The notes under the pieces: model-generated
Database searches by the model: none
Seen by the model: only the letters and a program-made list of their open reading frames with translations
Told to the model about the DNA's origin: nothing
Assembly (NCBI GenBank): GCA_045617275.1
Contig: JAZLII010000063.1
Location: 22,477 to 86,476 of the forward strand
Length of the DNA stretch: 64,000 nucleotides
Reading direction: 5' to 3'
From: Bacteroidaceae bacterium
GTDB taxonomy: Bacteria > Bacteroidota > Bacteroidia > Bacteroidales > Bacteroidaceae
Position numbers and translations under genes: made by a program
Shown: piece by piece, positions 36,705-45,931 of the stretch
Layout: the number at the start of each line of letters is the position of its first letter
Numbering within the stretch: the stretch's first letter is position 1

Positions 36705-38153
36705 TTACTCACCCTGTTGAGATTGTTGAGGTTGCTGGGGCTTGTCTGAATTGCCATGGTGGCGATTGCCGTGACGACGCGGTTTTCGGTCATGATGACG
36801 CTCGTCTGAAGGCCTGTCTTGCTTGGGTTCACGCTCGCCACTACGCTTTTCGTGACGCTTCTCCTCCTGCTGGCTTTCTGTCTTTCCTGCAGACGTCTCC
36901 TCGCGCTTAGGCTCACGTCCTTCACGTTTTCCTTCGCCATCCTCACGTTTTCCTCCACGATCCTCGCGCTTTCCTTCACGGTTCTCACGCTTTCCTTCAC
37001 GGTCCTCACGCTTGTCGTTGTTGCGCTTCTTCTTCTTTTTCTTTTTGTCGAAACGATTCAGGTCATCCTGAGTAGCCAAGTCGATGGGCTTCTCAGGCAG
37101 ACTGCGTCCACCCTCTTCCAGAGTCTCAGGATTCTCGCCCTTGCGATTCATCTGGATGATTTCCATCGCACGCTGTGCGGAGATGGTAGTCAGGTTGGCT
37201 GCCATTCGCTTGTCCGTGCTGTAGGTGATCATGCCAGACAGGATGTCGGCCTTGAAGTAGAAGTACTCACCATCAGCCGTATGAAGCGTGATCTCTCTGC
37301 TGGGCAACTTGCGTGTAGCCTCTACATACTGGTCGGCCTCATAGTTCATGCAGCACTTCAGTTTGGCACACTGGCCTGCCAGTTTCTGCGGATTGAGTGA
37401 GATATCCTGAAAACGCGCTGCCGCGGTACTTACGCTAACAAAGTTCTTCATCCAAGTGGCACAACAGAGTTCACGGCCGCAAGGACCAAATCCTCCAATA
37501 CGACCTGCCTCCTGGCGAGCACCGATCTGCTTCATCTCAATACGTACGCGGAACTCCTCTGCCAAGACCTTGATGAGCTGACGGAAATCCACACGGCCAT
37601 CGGCTATGTAGTAGAAGATGGCCTTGTTGCCATCGCCCTGATACTCCACGTCGCCTATCTTCATCTCAAGTCCGAGATCCTTTGCTATCTGGCGGCTCTT
37701 GATCATGGTCTCATGCTCCTTGGCCTTAGCCTCCTCGTACTTCTCCATGTCCACAGGCTTTACCTTACGGTAGATACGCTTGATGTCGTCAGGAGACTTC
37801 AAGTTGACCTTCTTCAGTTGAAGAGCCACCAGCTTTCCTGTCATCGTTACGGTACCGATGTCATGTCCGGGAGAAGCCTCAACGGCTACGACATCTCCTT
37901 TCTCGATAGGCAGATTGTTGATATTGTGATAATATCCCTTTCGTGTATTCTTGAACTGCACCTCCACCAAGTCGGTGAAATCCGTATTGCCAGGTATGTC
38001 GGCCAGATAGTCATGGATATTGAGCTGGAAAGCATCCTTTCCGCATCCCTTGGCACACAAGCCTCTACCACCGCCACCACACATGAAAGGCAGTTCGTTG
38101 GCACTTGTCCTTCCGGCCATATTCTCCTGCAACTTATCTATCTCTTCTGTCAT
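36705..38153 (-). CDS. PSP1-domain protein (RicT/YaaT-like) with a highly charged repetitive C-terminal tail
   Basis: PSP1 core (IGARQEAGRIGGFGPCGRELCC). The tail KKKKKKKRNNDKREDREGKRENREGKREDRGGKRE... is encoded by about 21-bp tandem repeats near 36890-37010. Confidence 0.8.
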   Translation of the reverse strand: MTEEIDKLQENMAGRTSANELPFMCGGGGRGLCAKGCGKDAFQLNIHDYLADIPGNTDFTDLVEVQFKNTRKGYYHNINNLPIEKGDVVAVEASPGHDIGTVTMTGKLVALQLKKVNLKSPDDIKRIYRKVKPVDMEKYEEAKAKEHETMIKSRQIAKDLGLEMKIGDVEYQGDGNKAIFYYIADGRVDFRQLIKVLAEEFRVRIEMKQIGARQEAGRIGGFGPCGRELCCATWMKNFVSVSTAAARFQDISLNPQKLAGQCAKLKCCMNYEADQYVEATRKLPSREITLHTADGEYFYFKADILSGMITYSTDKRMAANLTTISAQRAMEIIQMNRKGENPETLEEGGRSLPEKPIDLATQDDLNRFDKKKKKKKRNNDKREDREGKRENREGKREDRGGKREDGEGKREGREPKREETSAGKTESQQEEKRHEKRSGEREPKQDRPSDERHHDRKPRRHGNRHHGNSDKPQQPQQSQQGE

Positions 38154-38233
38154 AAAGTATTCAAATGTATGTTTATATCGTTCATCCTCCGTCTTTGGTA
38201 AGGCAGAAGGAATCTGTTTATTCCTGTTTCAAA

Positions 38234-39364
38234 CTATTGCTTCAGCAAAACGATGATCTGCAAAGCCAGGTCGAAGAAGACCATCCTTGCACTGACATTG
38301 CCTTCGATGTCTCGTTCTGCATCACTCAACTCATCCATAATCCTTATCACATTTCTCTCATTGATGAAGCGGGCAAAGTTTTTGGAAAAATCAGCCTCTG
38401 CGGATATCTGATAGTTCAGTTCGCTCTGCCGCTGGAAATTATAGATGAAATTTTCTCGCACAAGATGCTGTGCATATCTGAGGAAGCGCTTCTGTGACTC
38501 ACGTCCCAGCGCCACCATCTTCTCGCTCCACTCTCTCAGGTCCTTGATCTTACGCATGTAAGCCAGTCGCATGAGTGAGACGAAATATTCAAAATACTGA
38601 GCCTCATCGCTGCCCGCAGACATACGGTGCAAAGCCTCTGTGTAGCTACCCTGAGAGACATGGGCCAACTCTTGGGCTATCTCCCGAGGGAGTGCATGGC
38701 GGACGACAAGGGCCTCTTCTATCTCCTGCTCGCTAAGTGCAGGAACCGCCAGACGCTGTGTACGGCTGATGATGGTACCCAGCACTTTCTCTGGTTCCTC
38801 ACACACCATAATAAAATAGGTATGCGTGGGAGGCTCCTCGATGAGTTTCAACAATTTGTTGGCCGTCTCGGAGTTCATACGCTCCGGAAGCCACATGACA
38901 ACCACACGATTGCCACCCTGACTCGACTTGATAGCCAACTTCTTCAAGAGCGAGTCGCTCTCTGTCACATAGTAGGAGGCCTGCTGATTCTCAGCCTTCA
39001 TATCTTCCAGCCAGTCGTTGATGTCAAAGTAAACCTCGCGATTGAGCTGTTGCCTCCATTCCTTTAGGTAGTCGTCACAGATGGGCGCTGTACCACTACT
39101 TTTCTTTTTGATGATGGGAAACGTGAAATGCAAGTCAGGATGCGCCCATTCGTTCACCATCTTACAATTGCGACACTCTCCACATGCATCGTCCTCCGAG
39201 GGATGTTCGCATAAGAGGTAGCGAGCCAGAGCCAAGGCAAGTGCCATCTTTCCAGCCCCTTTGGGGCCAGTCAGCATCAAGGCATGAGGAATACGATTCT
39301 CACGCACATTGTGCAACAGACGTTGCTTTACGGCATCCTGACAAATTACCTCTCTAAATGTCAT
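38234..39364 (-). CDS. holB: DNA polymerase III delta-prime subunit
   Basis: HALMLTGPKGAGKMALALALARYLLCE P-loop variant plus a Cys zinc module (CGECRNC). Confidence 0.8.
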   Translation of the reverse strand: MTFREVICQDAVKQRLLHNVRENRIPHALMLTGPKGAGKMALALALARYLLCEHPSEDDACGECRNCKMVNEWAHPDLHFTFPIIKKKSSGTAPICDDYLKEWRQQLNREVYFDINDWLEDMKAENQQASYYVTESDSLLKKLAIKSSQGGNRVVVMWLPERMNSETANKLLKLIEEPPTHTYFIMVCEEPEKVLGTIISRTQRLAVPALSEQEIEEALVVRHALPREIAQELAHVSQGSYTEALHRMSAGSDEAQYFEYFVSLMRLAYMRKIKDLREWSEKMVALGRESQKRFLRYAQHLVRENFIYNFQRQSELNYQISAEADFSKNFARFINERNVIRIMDELSDAERDIEGNVSARMVFFDLALQIIVLLKQ

Positions 39365-39436
39365 TTCTTGTTCTTTTTACGGCCTATACATCTGGCTCAC
39401 ATCTGGCGTCTTCTGAATGTCCAGGCCTATCTCACA

Positions 39437-40390
39437 TCAATATATCTTCTGGGCTATCTTTTCAATGCTATCCACCGCCGATACGGTGTAGAAGTGCAGA
39501 CTTGGGGCTCCATGCTCCATCAATTCCTTGCACTGGCTCACAGCCCACTCTATACCCAGTTGCTTGATCTCTTCGTCCGTCTTGCACTTCACGGCTTCGC
39601 GATAGAGTGCCTCAGGCAGATCGCAGTGGAAGGTCTTGGGCACTACGGTGAGCTGGCTCATCTTAGCCAAAGGCTTAATACCCGGGATGATGGGTATGCT
39701 CACCCCCATCTCACGTGCCTTTTCCACAAACTGGAAATACTTCTCATTGTCATAGAAAAGCTGGGTCACAGCATACTGTGCTCCCATGTCGGCCTTTTGC
39801 TTCAGCACCTGAAGATCGCTGTCCAAATTGGCGGCCTCCTCATGCTTCTCCGGATAGCAGGCGACACCGAAATGGAAAGGCTTGCCGGGTACCTTGATGG
39901 GGGTTCCGTCAAAGAAGAAGCCCTCATTGAAACGATTGATCTGCTCGATGAGCTCCGTGGCATGGGCAGGACCGTCGCCCGTTGGCTTGAAACTACTCTC
40001 CTCCTTGGCCTTGTCGCCTCTCAACACGAGTACGTCGCTGATGTCCAGGAACTGAAGGTCGAGCAGCATATACTCTAGGTCCTCACGGGTATTGCCACTA
40101 CACACGATATGCGGGATCACGGGTATACCGTATTTGCGCTGAATGGCAGATGCCACCGCGATTGTACCCGGACGGCGACGGATGCGCTGACGTTGCAACA
40201 GTCCTCCTTCTACCTCATTGTACACATACTCGCTACGGTGTGTAGTGATGTTGATGTAGCGAGGGTCAAACTCCTTCAGTCGGTCTATGGTACGAAACAA
40301 TGCGTCCGTACCATTACCCTTAATAGGTGGCAGCACCTCAAAAGAGAATGCCGTACCCTCGTGTTGATTGATCAGGTCGATGATTTCCAT
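39437..40390 (-). CDS. metF: Methylenetetrahydrofolate reductase
   Basis: FSFEVLPP motif and MTHFR fold. The start MEIIDL at 40390 is preferred, because the 12 upstream codons of the track ORF are encoded by an intergenic hairpin repeat. Confidence 0.85.
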   Translation of the reverse strand: MEIIDLINQHEGTAFSFEVLPPIKGNGTDALFRTIDRLKEFDPRYINITTHRSEYVYNEVEGGLLQRQRIRRRPGTIAVASAIQRKYGIPVIPHIVCSGNTREDLEYMLLDLQFLDISDVLVLRGDKAKEESSFKPTGDGPAHATELIEQINRFNEGFFFDGTPIKVPGKPFHFGVACYPEKHEEAANLDSDLQVLKQKADMGAQYAVTQLFYDNEKYFQFVEKAREMGVSIPIIPGIKPLAKMSQLTVVPKTFHCDLPEALYREAVKCKTDEEIKQLGIEWAVSQCKELMEHGAPSLHFYTVSAVDSIEKIAQKIY

Positions 40391-40404
40391 TTCTTCATAT
40401 ATCA

Positions 40405-40440
40405 CCCCTCCCCGCACGGTTTGCAAGGTGCAGGGAGGGG
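40405..40440. repeat. CCCCTCCCC...GGGAGGGG hairpin element
   Basis: CCCCTCCC(CGCAC)-N10-(GTGCA)GGGAGGGG. Related hairpins at 15530-15547 and 44774-44794. Confidence 0.7.
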
Positions 40441-40518
40441 ATGTTGTTGGGTATGCCTATCAGGCAGAGAAGCCCATACGTCGATCGGCTATACTCTGCT
40501 ATTGACAAGTCGATTTTT

Positions 40519-41412
40519 TTACTTCAACTCGCACTTGGCGTCGTAGTAGCCAGACTCGCTAAGAGGCTTGATAGCCTTGAATGCCATCCAGTTGGGATCC
40601 ATCTTGAAGTCGTCGATGAGTGCATCGGGGATGTATACCTCACACTGAGCCTTGTTGAATGCCTTAGCAGCGCTCTTGCTGGGGTAAGGATAGAAGGCAG
40701 GGGTCAGGATGTAGAGCTTGTTGATCTGCTTGCTGTCTGAGATGATAGCATAGATATTGTCCTTGCGGTTGTAGGGAACAGCCACTTCCTCAAGAGCGGT
40801 ACAGCCTGCAAAAGCATCCTCCTTGATCTGATCCTCCTCAAGACCGAGCAATACAGTCTTCAGAGAAGTACAGCCAGCGAAAGCCTTCTCGCGAATATCC
40901 ATCTGAGGAAGGTTGGCCAACTTCACAGTCTGGAGTGAAGTACAACCCTCAAAGGCATGCTCACCGATGGTATAGGTGTTGGCATCCAGAGAGGTCAGCG
41001 AGGTACAGCCTGCAAAGCTATAGTCGCCAAATACCAGGATCTCATTGTCAGAATAGATATTCTTCAGGTTGGTACAGTTCTGGAAAGCACTGGTACCGAT
41101 GATACCGATCTTGCCAAAGATGTACACGTTCTCAATAGACTTGTTGCCCTTAGCCATCTCCTCGCAAGGCTCGGTAGACAGACCGATGTTGGCATTGGTA
41201 ATCTGCATAGCAGGACCTACCTCCTTCAGCATCAGCAGGTCAGCGGGCTTCTCAATGGCTTTGCGGGCATTGGGATCAGCCGCAGCCTCGGTCTCAGCAG
41301 CCTCGGCAGCCTCACTGTCAGCAGCCTTCTTCTCACCACCGCAACTTACCATTGCGAATGCAGCACATGCCATAACACCTACGGTCAGGCTCTTCATAAA
41401 ATTCTTCTTCAT
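40519..41412 (-). CDS. BspA-like leucine-rich-repeat surface lipoprotein
   Basis: Lipobox MVSCG. Repeats F-x-[GN]C[TS]-x-L-x-x-[VI] (SAFQNCTNLKNI, FAGCTSLTSL, FEGCTSLQTV, FAGCTSLKTV, FAGCTALEEV). Confidence 0.75.
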   Translation of the reverse strand: MKKNFMKSLTVGVMACAAFAMVSCGGEKKAADSEAAEAAETEAAADPNARKAIEKPADLLMLKEVGPAMQITNANIGLSTEPCEEMAKGNKSIENVYIFGKIGIIGTSAFQNCTNLKNIYSDNEILVFGDYSFAGCTSLTSLDANTYTIGEHAFEGCTSLQTVKLANLPQMDIREKAFAGCTSLKTVLLGLEEDQIKEDAFAGCTALEEVAVPYNRKDNIYAIISDSKQINKLYILTPAFYPYPSKSAAKAFNKAQCEVYIPDALIDDFKMDPNWMAFKAIKPLSESGYYDAKCELK

Positions 41413-41463
41413 AACTATTATTCTTTATGGTTTAAGGTTAATCTAATGATTCTCTGTCTGTAG

Positions 41464-41496
41464 AATTTTCAATTCTCAATTCTCAATTTTCAATTC
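41464..41496 (-). repeat. 7-nt tandem array (AATTGA[AG] x4.5 on the minus strand) just downstream of the GH51 stop
   Basis: The plus strand shows TCA at 41469, 41476, 41483 and 41490. That gives TGA every 7 nt on the gene's sense strand. Confidence 0.8.
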
Positions 41497-41499
41497 GCC

Positions 41500-43482
41500 T
41501 TACTTCTTTGCCTTGAAGATAACGAAGTTCTTACCTGCCACGGTGGCATTGATGGTATTGCCTGTAGCCTTCAGCAAAGCCTCCTGGGGAACGATGGCAT
41601 TGGGGTTGTCCACCGTGTTCTCCATCTCATAGTCGCTGCAGTCCAGTGTGATGGTGTTCACCTTGCTGATGGTACCCTTCACGCCCTCCAAAGCGATCTT
41701 GATGGTCTTAGGCTGCTCTGTAGTGTTGATGACCTTGACGATGTACTCACCGGTCTCTGCGTCATATACGGCACTGCTGAAGATGCCATCCTGACCCTTG
41801 GGAGTAGGATTGCTGATGGTAGTGGCCAGTACGTTGGTACCCTTGTTCTGAGCGTAGAGGGCCTGCACATAGTAGCTCACGGTCTTAGCGCAACGGAGGT
41901 TGTCAAACCAGATAGCATCGGGACGCCACTGCCAGCCTTCCACATGAGCAAACAGAGGAGCATAGGTGGCCATGTGTACGATATCGGCATTCTTCTCAAG
42001 GTTGGTCATGAAAGCTGCCTCATAGATGCTGGCACCTGCGTGATTGTACTTCTTGCCCTTGTCATGGCAAGCATACTCACCGGCAAACACCTTGGGACCC
42101 TTACGGTCATACTCATCATAGCGGTACATCTCGTTCTTGAACCAGTTGATGTCACGATAGAAATGCTCGTCCACGAGGTCTGCCTTCAGCTCCTTCATGG
42201 CAGTCCAACCCAGGTCGAAGTCCTGACCCTCACTGTTAGGACCACTGGTACCGACGATCTTCACCTCGGGATGAGCCTTACGGATGGCATCCATGAAGAC
42301 CTTCAGACGCTTGCTGTATGCCTTGTTGTCCTTATAGTCCCACTGCTCGTTGCCCACGCCGATGAACTTCAGGTTGAAAGGCTCGGGATGACCCATGTCG
42401 GCACGCATCTTGGCCCACTTGTTCTTGGCAGGATCGCCATTGGCGAATTCAATCAGGTCGATGCAGTCGTCGATGTAGGGCTGCAGGTTGTCCATATCTA
42501 CGTGTACCTTCTTCTCATCGCGGATTTCGTTCTGGAACTGACAAGACAGACCTACGCTGAGTACGGGCAGGGGCTCTGCGCCAATCTGCTCAGACAGGCG
42601 GAAGTACTCGAAGAAACCGAGACCGTAGCTCTGGAAATAGTTGGGATAGTAGCGAGAGGTGAAGGTATAGTGCCAGCGATTCTCGTTCAAAGGACGATTC
42701 TCCACGGGACCTACACTGTTCTTCCACTGATAGCGGCTCTCCAGGTCGGTACCCTCAACGATACATCCACCGGGGAAACGGAAGATACCGGGGTGCATGT
42801 CGTACAGTGCCTGAGCCAGGTCCTTGCGCATACCGTTCTCGTCACCATTGTAAGTATCAACGGGGAAAAGACTTACATGCTCCAGGTCGGTGGTAACCTT
42901 CGAGTCACCCCAGACACGCATGTGGGCACGCTCCAATGTCTTGTTGGGAGTCAGCACTACGGTGTACTTCTTCCACTCCTTGCCCTGGATCTCGACACCA
43001 CCGTTGGCCACCTTCTGGTCCTCACCCATGGTCGCATTGTCCACCAGGTCAATCCAGATCTTACTGTTGCCGCCTTCGGGACAACGAGCCCATACGCTAA
43101 ACTTATACTCTGCGCCCTTCTTGATACCCATGCCGAAGAAACCGCTGTTCTCTATCATGGTATGCTTGTGTGCATGACCAGAGGGAGCCAGACGGACATA
43201 GTGGGGATTCTTATCGAAAGGACCATCGTTCTGCAAACTTACCTTGCCGCTGATATCCCAGCCGGCAAAATGATTGGGAAACTCAAACGAACGGTTCATG
43301 ACCAACTCTGCATACAGACCGCCGTCTGCCGCATAGTTGATATCCTCAAAGAAGATACCGTACATCGTACTCTGCACAGGTGCGCCAAGCTTGGCAGTCT
43401 GCACCGTGATGGTGTTGTCTTGTGCCATGGCTGAAGCCGAAACTGCCAGCGAAGCACCTAAGATAAGATTTCTTAATTTCAT
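41500..43482 (-). CDS. GH51 alpha-L-arabinofuranosidase
   Basis: Signal peptide. GGLYAELVMNRSFE, FRFPGGCIVEG, IGVGNEQW (catalytic Glu context). 660 aa. Confidence 0.85.
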   Translation of the reverse strand: MKLRNLILGASLAVSASAMAQDNTITVQTAKLGAPVQSTMYGIFFEDINYAADGGLYAELVMNRSFEFPNHFAGWDISGKVSLQNDGPFDKNPHYVRLAPSGHAHKHTMIENSGFFGMGIKKGAEYKFSVWARCPEGGNSKIWIDLVDNATMGEDQKVANGGVEIQGKEWKKYTVVLTPNKTLERAHMRVWGDSKVTTDLEHVSLFPVDTYNGDENGMRKDLAQALYDMHPGIFRFPGGCIVEGTDLESRYQWKNSVGPVENRPLNENRWHYTFTSRYYPNYFQSYGLGFFEYFRLSEQIGAEPLPVLSVGLSCQFQNEIRDEKKVHVDMDNLQPYIDDCIDLIEFANGDPAKNKWAKMRADMGHPEPFNLKFIGVGNEQWDYKDNKAYSKRLKVFMDAIRKAHPEVKIVGTSGPNSEGQDFDLGWTAMKELKADLVDEHFYRDINWFKNEMYRYDEYDRKGPKVFAGEYACHDKGKKYNHAGASIYEAAFMTNLEKNADIVHMATYAPLFAHVEGWQWRPDAIWFDNLRCAKTVSYYVQALYAQNKGTNVLATTISNPTPKGQDGIFSSAVYDAETGEYIVKVINTTEQPKTIKIALEGVKGTISKVNTITLDCSDYEMENTVDNPNAIVPQEALLKATGNTINATVAGKNFVIFKAKK

Positions 43483-43524
43483 GATATTGTTTTAGTTGTT
43501 TTGATTGTTTGCTTGTCTTTTCTG

Positions 43525-43532
43525 CAAAGATA
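43525..43532 (-). promoter_or_regulatory. -7 box TATCTTTG upstream of the GH51 gene
   Basis: Reverse complement of CAAAGATA, about 43 nt upstream of the ATG at 43482. Confidence 0.4.
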
Positions 43533-43697
43533 CAAACAATTCTTCATTCTGCAAAGTGTTGAGCCAAGAAATATTTCCTTATATTAATATGGTGTGCCTT
43601 ATTTGCAACAACTGCCTTTTGCAATATCGACATGACAAAAGACATATTTTTCATCAATTTCTGTCATTTTCCTTTGGTCGATTGAAGCAAAAACGCA

Positions 43698-43705
43698 TAA
43701 ATTTG
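43698..43705 (+). promoter_or_regulatory. -7 box TAAATTTG upstream of the SPFH gene
   Basis: TAnnTTTG match, about 100 nt upstream of the ATG at 43808. Confidence 0.35.
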
Positions 43706-43807
43706 CAATATCATTTTGATATCACATTAAAATCAACTATTCACCTCGTACAGAGAACAAGAAAGAGAAACTATCCACATTAAACAACAACTTAAAACTA
43801 TACGATT

Positions 43808-44758
43808 ATGAAAACAAACATCACAAGCGAACAAGAGTACAAGGGCGGTTACCTCAACGGTTTCCTGATGATCATCATCGACCTCCTGCTGTGGGGTCTC
43901 ACCGCAATCTTGCTAATTGAGGCCATCAAACTGGAAAACGCATGGATGACAATACCTATCGTCATTTTGTTTTTCGCCAGCATCCTCTTCAGCTGCGGTT
44001 TCACCATGTTGGAGCCCAACGAGGCCAAGGTTCTGACTTTCTTCGGACGCTACGTTGGCACTTTCCGCAAGACCGGCTTCTTCTGGATCAACCCCTTCAT
44101 GACTTGCAAGAACGTCAGTCTGCGTGCTCGCAACCTCAACGCCGAGCCCATCAAGGTAAACGACAAGACGGGCAACCCCATCCTCATCGGCTTGGTAGTG
44201 GTATGGAAACTGAAGGATACCTACAAGGCTATCTTCGACATTGACACCGACGTGAGCAATACCACTGCTGTAGGTGGCGCTGCAGGTGCCCGAATGAACA
44301 AGTTCGAGAAGTTCGTAGCCGTTCAGAGCGACTCTGCTCTCCGCGAAGTTGCCGGCATGTATGCCTACGACAACGAGGACACCAAGGAGGAAGAGACCAT
44401 CACTCTGCGCAGTGGTGCCGCCGAGATCAACGAGGTGCTGACCAACAAGCTCAATGAGCGCCTGGCCATGGCTGGCTTAGAGGTTATCGAGGCTCGCATC
44501 AACTACCTGGCCTACGCTCCCGAGATTGCCGCCGTCATGCTGCGTCGCCAGCAGGCTGCTGCCATCATCACTGCCCGTGAGAAGATCGTGGATGGTGCAG
44601 TAAGCATGGTGAAGATGGCCCTCGACAAGCTTTCTGACGAGGAGATCGTAGAATTGGACGAGGAGAAGAAGGCTGCTATGGTCAGCAATCTGCTCGTAGT
44701 CCTCTGTGCTGACGAACCCGCACAGCCTGTGATTAATTCGGGTACATTGAATCACTAA
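43808..44758 (+). CDS. SPFH/band-7 domain membrane protein
   Basis: Two N-terminal TM helices, then an SPFH-like core (VLTFFGRYVGTFRKTGFFWINPF...). Coiled-coil, Ala-rich C-terminus. Confidence 0.8.
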   Translation: MKTNITSEQEYKGGYLNGFLMIIIDLLLWGLTAILLIEAIKLENAWMTIPIVILFFASILFSCGFTMLEPNEAKVLTFFGRYVGTFRKTGFFWINPFMTCKNVSLRARNLNAEPIKVNDKTGNPILIGLVVVWKLKDTYKAIFDIDTDVSNTTAVGGAAGARMNKFEKFVAVQSDSALREVAGMYAYDNEDTKEEETITLRSGAAEINEVLTNKLNERLAMAGLEVIEARINYLAYAPEIAAVMLRRQQAAAIITAREKIVDGAVSMVKMALDKLSDEEIVELDEEKKAAMVSNLLVVLCADEPAQPVINSGTLNH

Positions 44759-44913
44759 AAGCCTCTCCCCCAACCCCTCCCCAAAAGGGAGGGGAGCAGG
44801 ATGGGGACTGGCACAGAGGTAATACAAAGAAAAAGTTAGTAATTTTTTTAACATCACTCTTATTCCCTGCATTTTGACCGTCGTCAAAAGCCGGGGGTTA
44901 GGGGGGCTTGATT

Positions 44914-45315
44914 ATGAGATTTCGTTCACGCATAAGCATATTATTGGTGCTTCTCATCACGGGAGTCACAGGATTTGGCACCTACAATGCCTGGTCGCAG
45001 GGAAAGTACATTGCAATCGTTGTATTGGCAGTAGTTTTATTCGCATTCATCGGTACTATCCTGGGTATTCACTACACGATCGACGAGGACAAACTGATCG
45101 TTAAAGACCTTTTCATAATAAAGGAGACCTACGAGCTGAAGAAGCTCAAGAGCATCACCCGCACCTACAACCCCGTCAGTTCTCCTGCAGCTTCACTCAA
45201 GCGCATCAAACTGGACTTCGGTTGCGGTCATCCCCTCATCATCTCTCCTGCCAATCAGGACGTATTCATCGAGGAAATCCTGCGTATCAACCCTAATGTT
45301 CAGGTGGAGGTATAA
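44914..45315 (+). CDS. Small membrane protein with a bacterial PH-like (bPH) domain
   Basis: Two TM helices, then YTIDEDKLIVKD...LKRIKLDF...ISPANQDVFIEEI. The ATG at 44914 is preferred over the TTG at 44908. Confidence 0.5.
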   Translation: MRFRSRISILLVLLITGVTGFGTYNAWSQGKYIAIVVLAVVLFAFIGTILGIHYTIDEDKLIVKDLFIIKETYELKKLKSITRTYNPVSSPAASLKRIKLDFGCGHPLIISPANQDVFIEEILRINPNVQVEV

Positions 45316-45318
45316 GTC

Positions 45319-45765
45319 ATGAGAAGATTCCTGTATCACATCGTTCGCATCCTGCCAGTTCTTGCTTTGGTTGCCTTGGGTGTATGGTTGTCGTACCCCA
45401 AGTGGATGGAAGGCAGACATGTATATGCCGTTTTTCAAGGTTTAGCTGCGTTGGGGGTTGCAACAACGCTTGGTTGCTGGCTCTATGGTGGACAGTTTGA
45501 GATGCGCTCATTCGGAGCGTACATTTCGCGATACAAAAGTTGGCGATTCTTCAAGCGCGACATTCTGCCGTACATCCTCTTTTCACTGCTTGGTGCAGCC
45601 GTCGCTGCCGTCATCTTTGCAATCAAAGGCAAGGAAAACGTGCTCAAAGATCCCGAATTCTACTTTGTTTTGGGAGGTTTCATTCTTGCGCTAGGCCTGT
45701 ATGAAATGATAAAAGGCTACATTAAATACTGTTACAAAAAGACTGATGGCTACCAAGGAAAATAA
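45319..45765 (+). CDS. Hypothetical 4-TM membrane protein
   Basis: The ORF starts 4 nt after the preceding stop. Four hydrophobic segments. No recognisable motif. Confidence 0.45.
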   Translation: MRRFLYHIVRILPVLALVALGVWLSYPKWMEGRHVYAVFQGLAALGVATTLGCWLYGGQFEMRSFGAYISRYKSWRFFKRDILPYILFSLLGAAVAAVIFAIKGKENVLKDPEFYFVLGGFILALGLYEMIKGYIKYCYKKTDGYQGK

Positions 45766-45931
45766 AACCAAGAACTTTGTGCTCCGTATCGACGAGCAAA
45801 CCATGTCCGCCATCGAAGCTTGGGCCGCTGACGAGTTTCGCTCCGTCAACGGTCAGTTGCAATGGATCATAGCCGAGGCTTTGAAGAAGAGTGGTCGCGT
45901 GAAGAAGGAGAAGGCTCAAAAAAAAGTTTGA
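45746..45931 (+). CDS. Arc/MetJ-type ribbon-helix-helix DNA-binding protein
   Basis: FVLRIDEQTMSAIEAWAADEFRSVNGQLQWIIAEALKK fits a beta-strand/helix/helix RHH pattern. The last codons and the TGA lie inside the inverted-repeat arm. Confidence 0.6.
   Translation: MATKENKTKNFVLRIDEQTMSAIEAWAADEFRSVNGQLQWIIAEALKKSGRVKKEKAQKKV

Noticed and set aside
40391-40426. N-terminal 12-codon extension of metF
   Set aside because: It is encoded by the CCCCTCCCC/GGGAGGGG hairpin element. The internal ATG at 40390 gives a normal MetF N-terminus.
43505-43783. 92-aa ORF in the GH51/SPFH divergent intergenic region
   Set aside because: It lies in an AT-rich promoter region, has an implausible Cys/Phe/Lys-rich product and no motif, and overlaps predicted -7 boxes.
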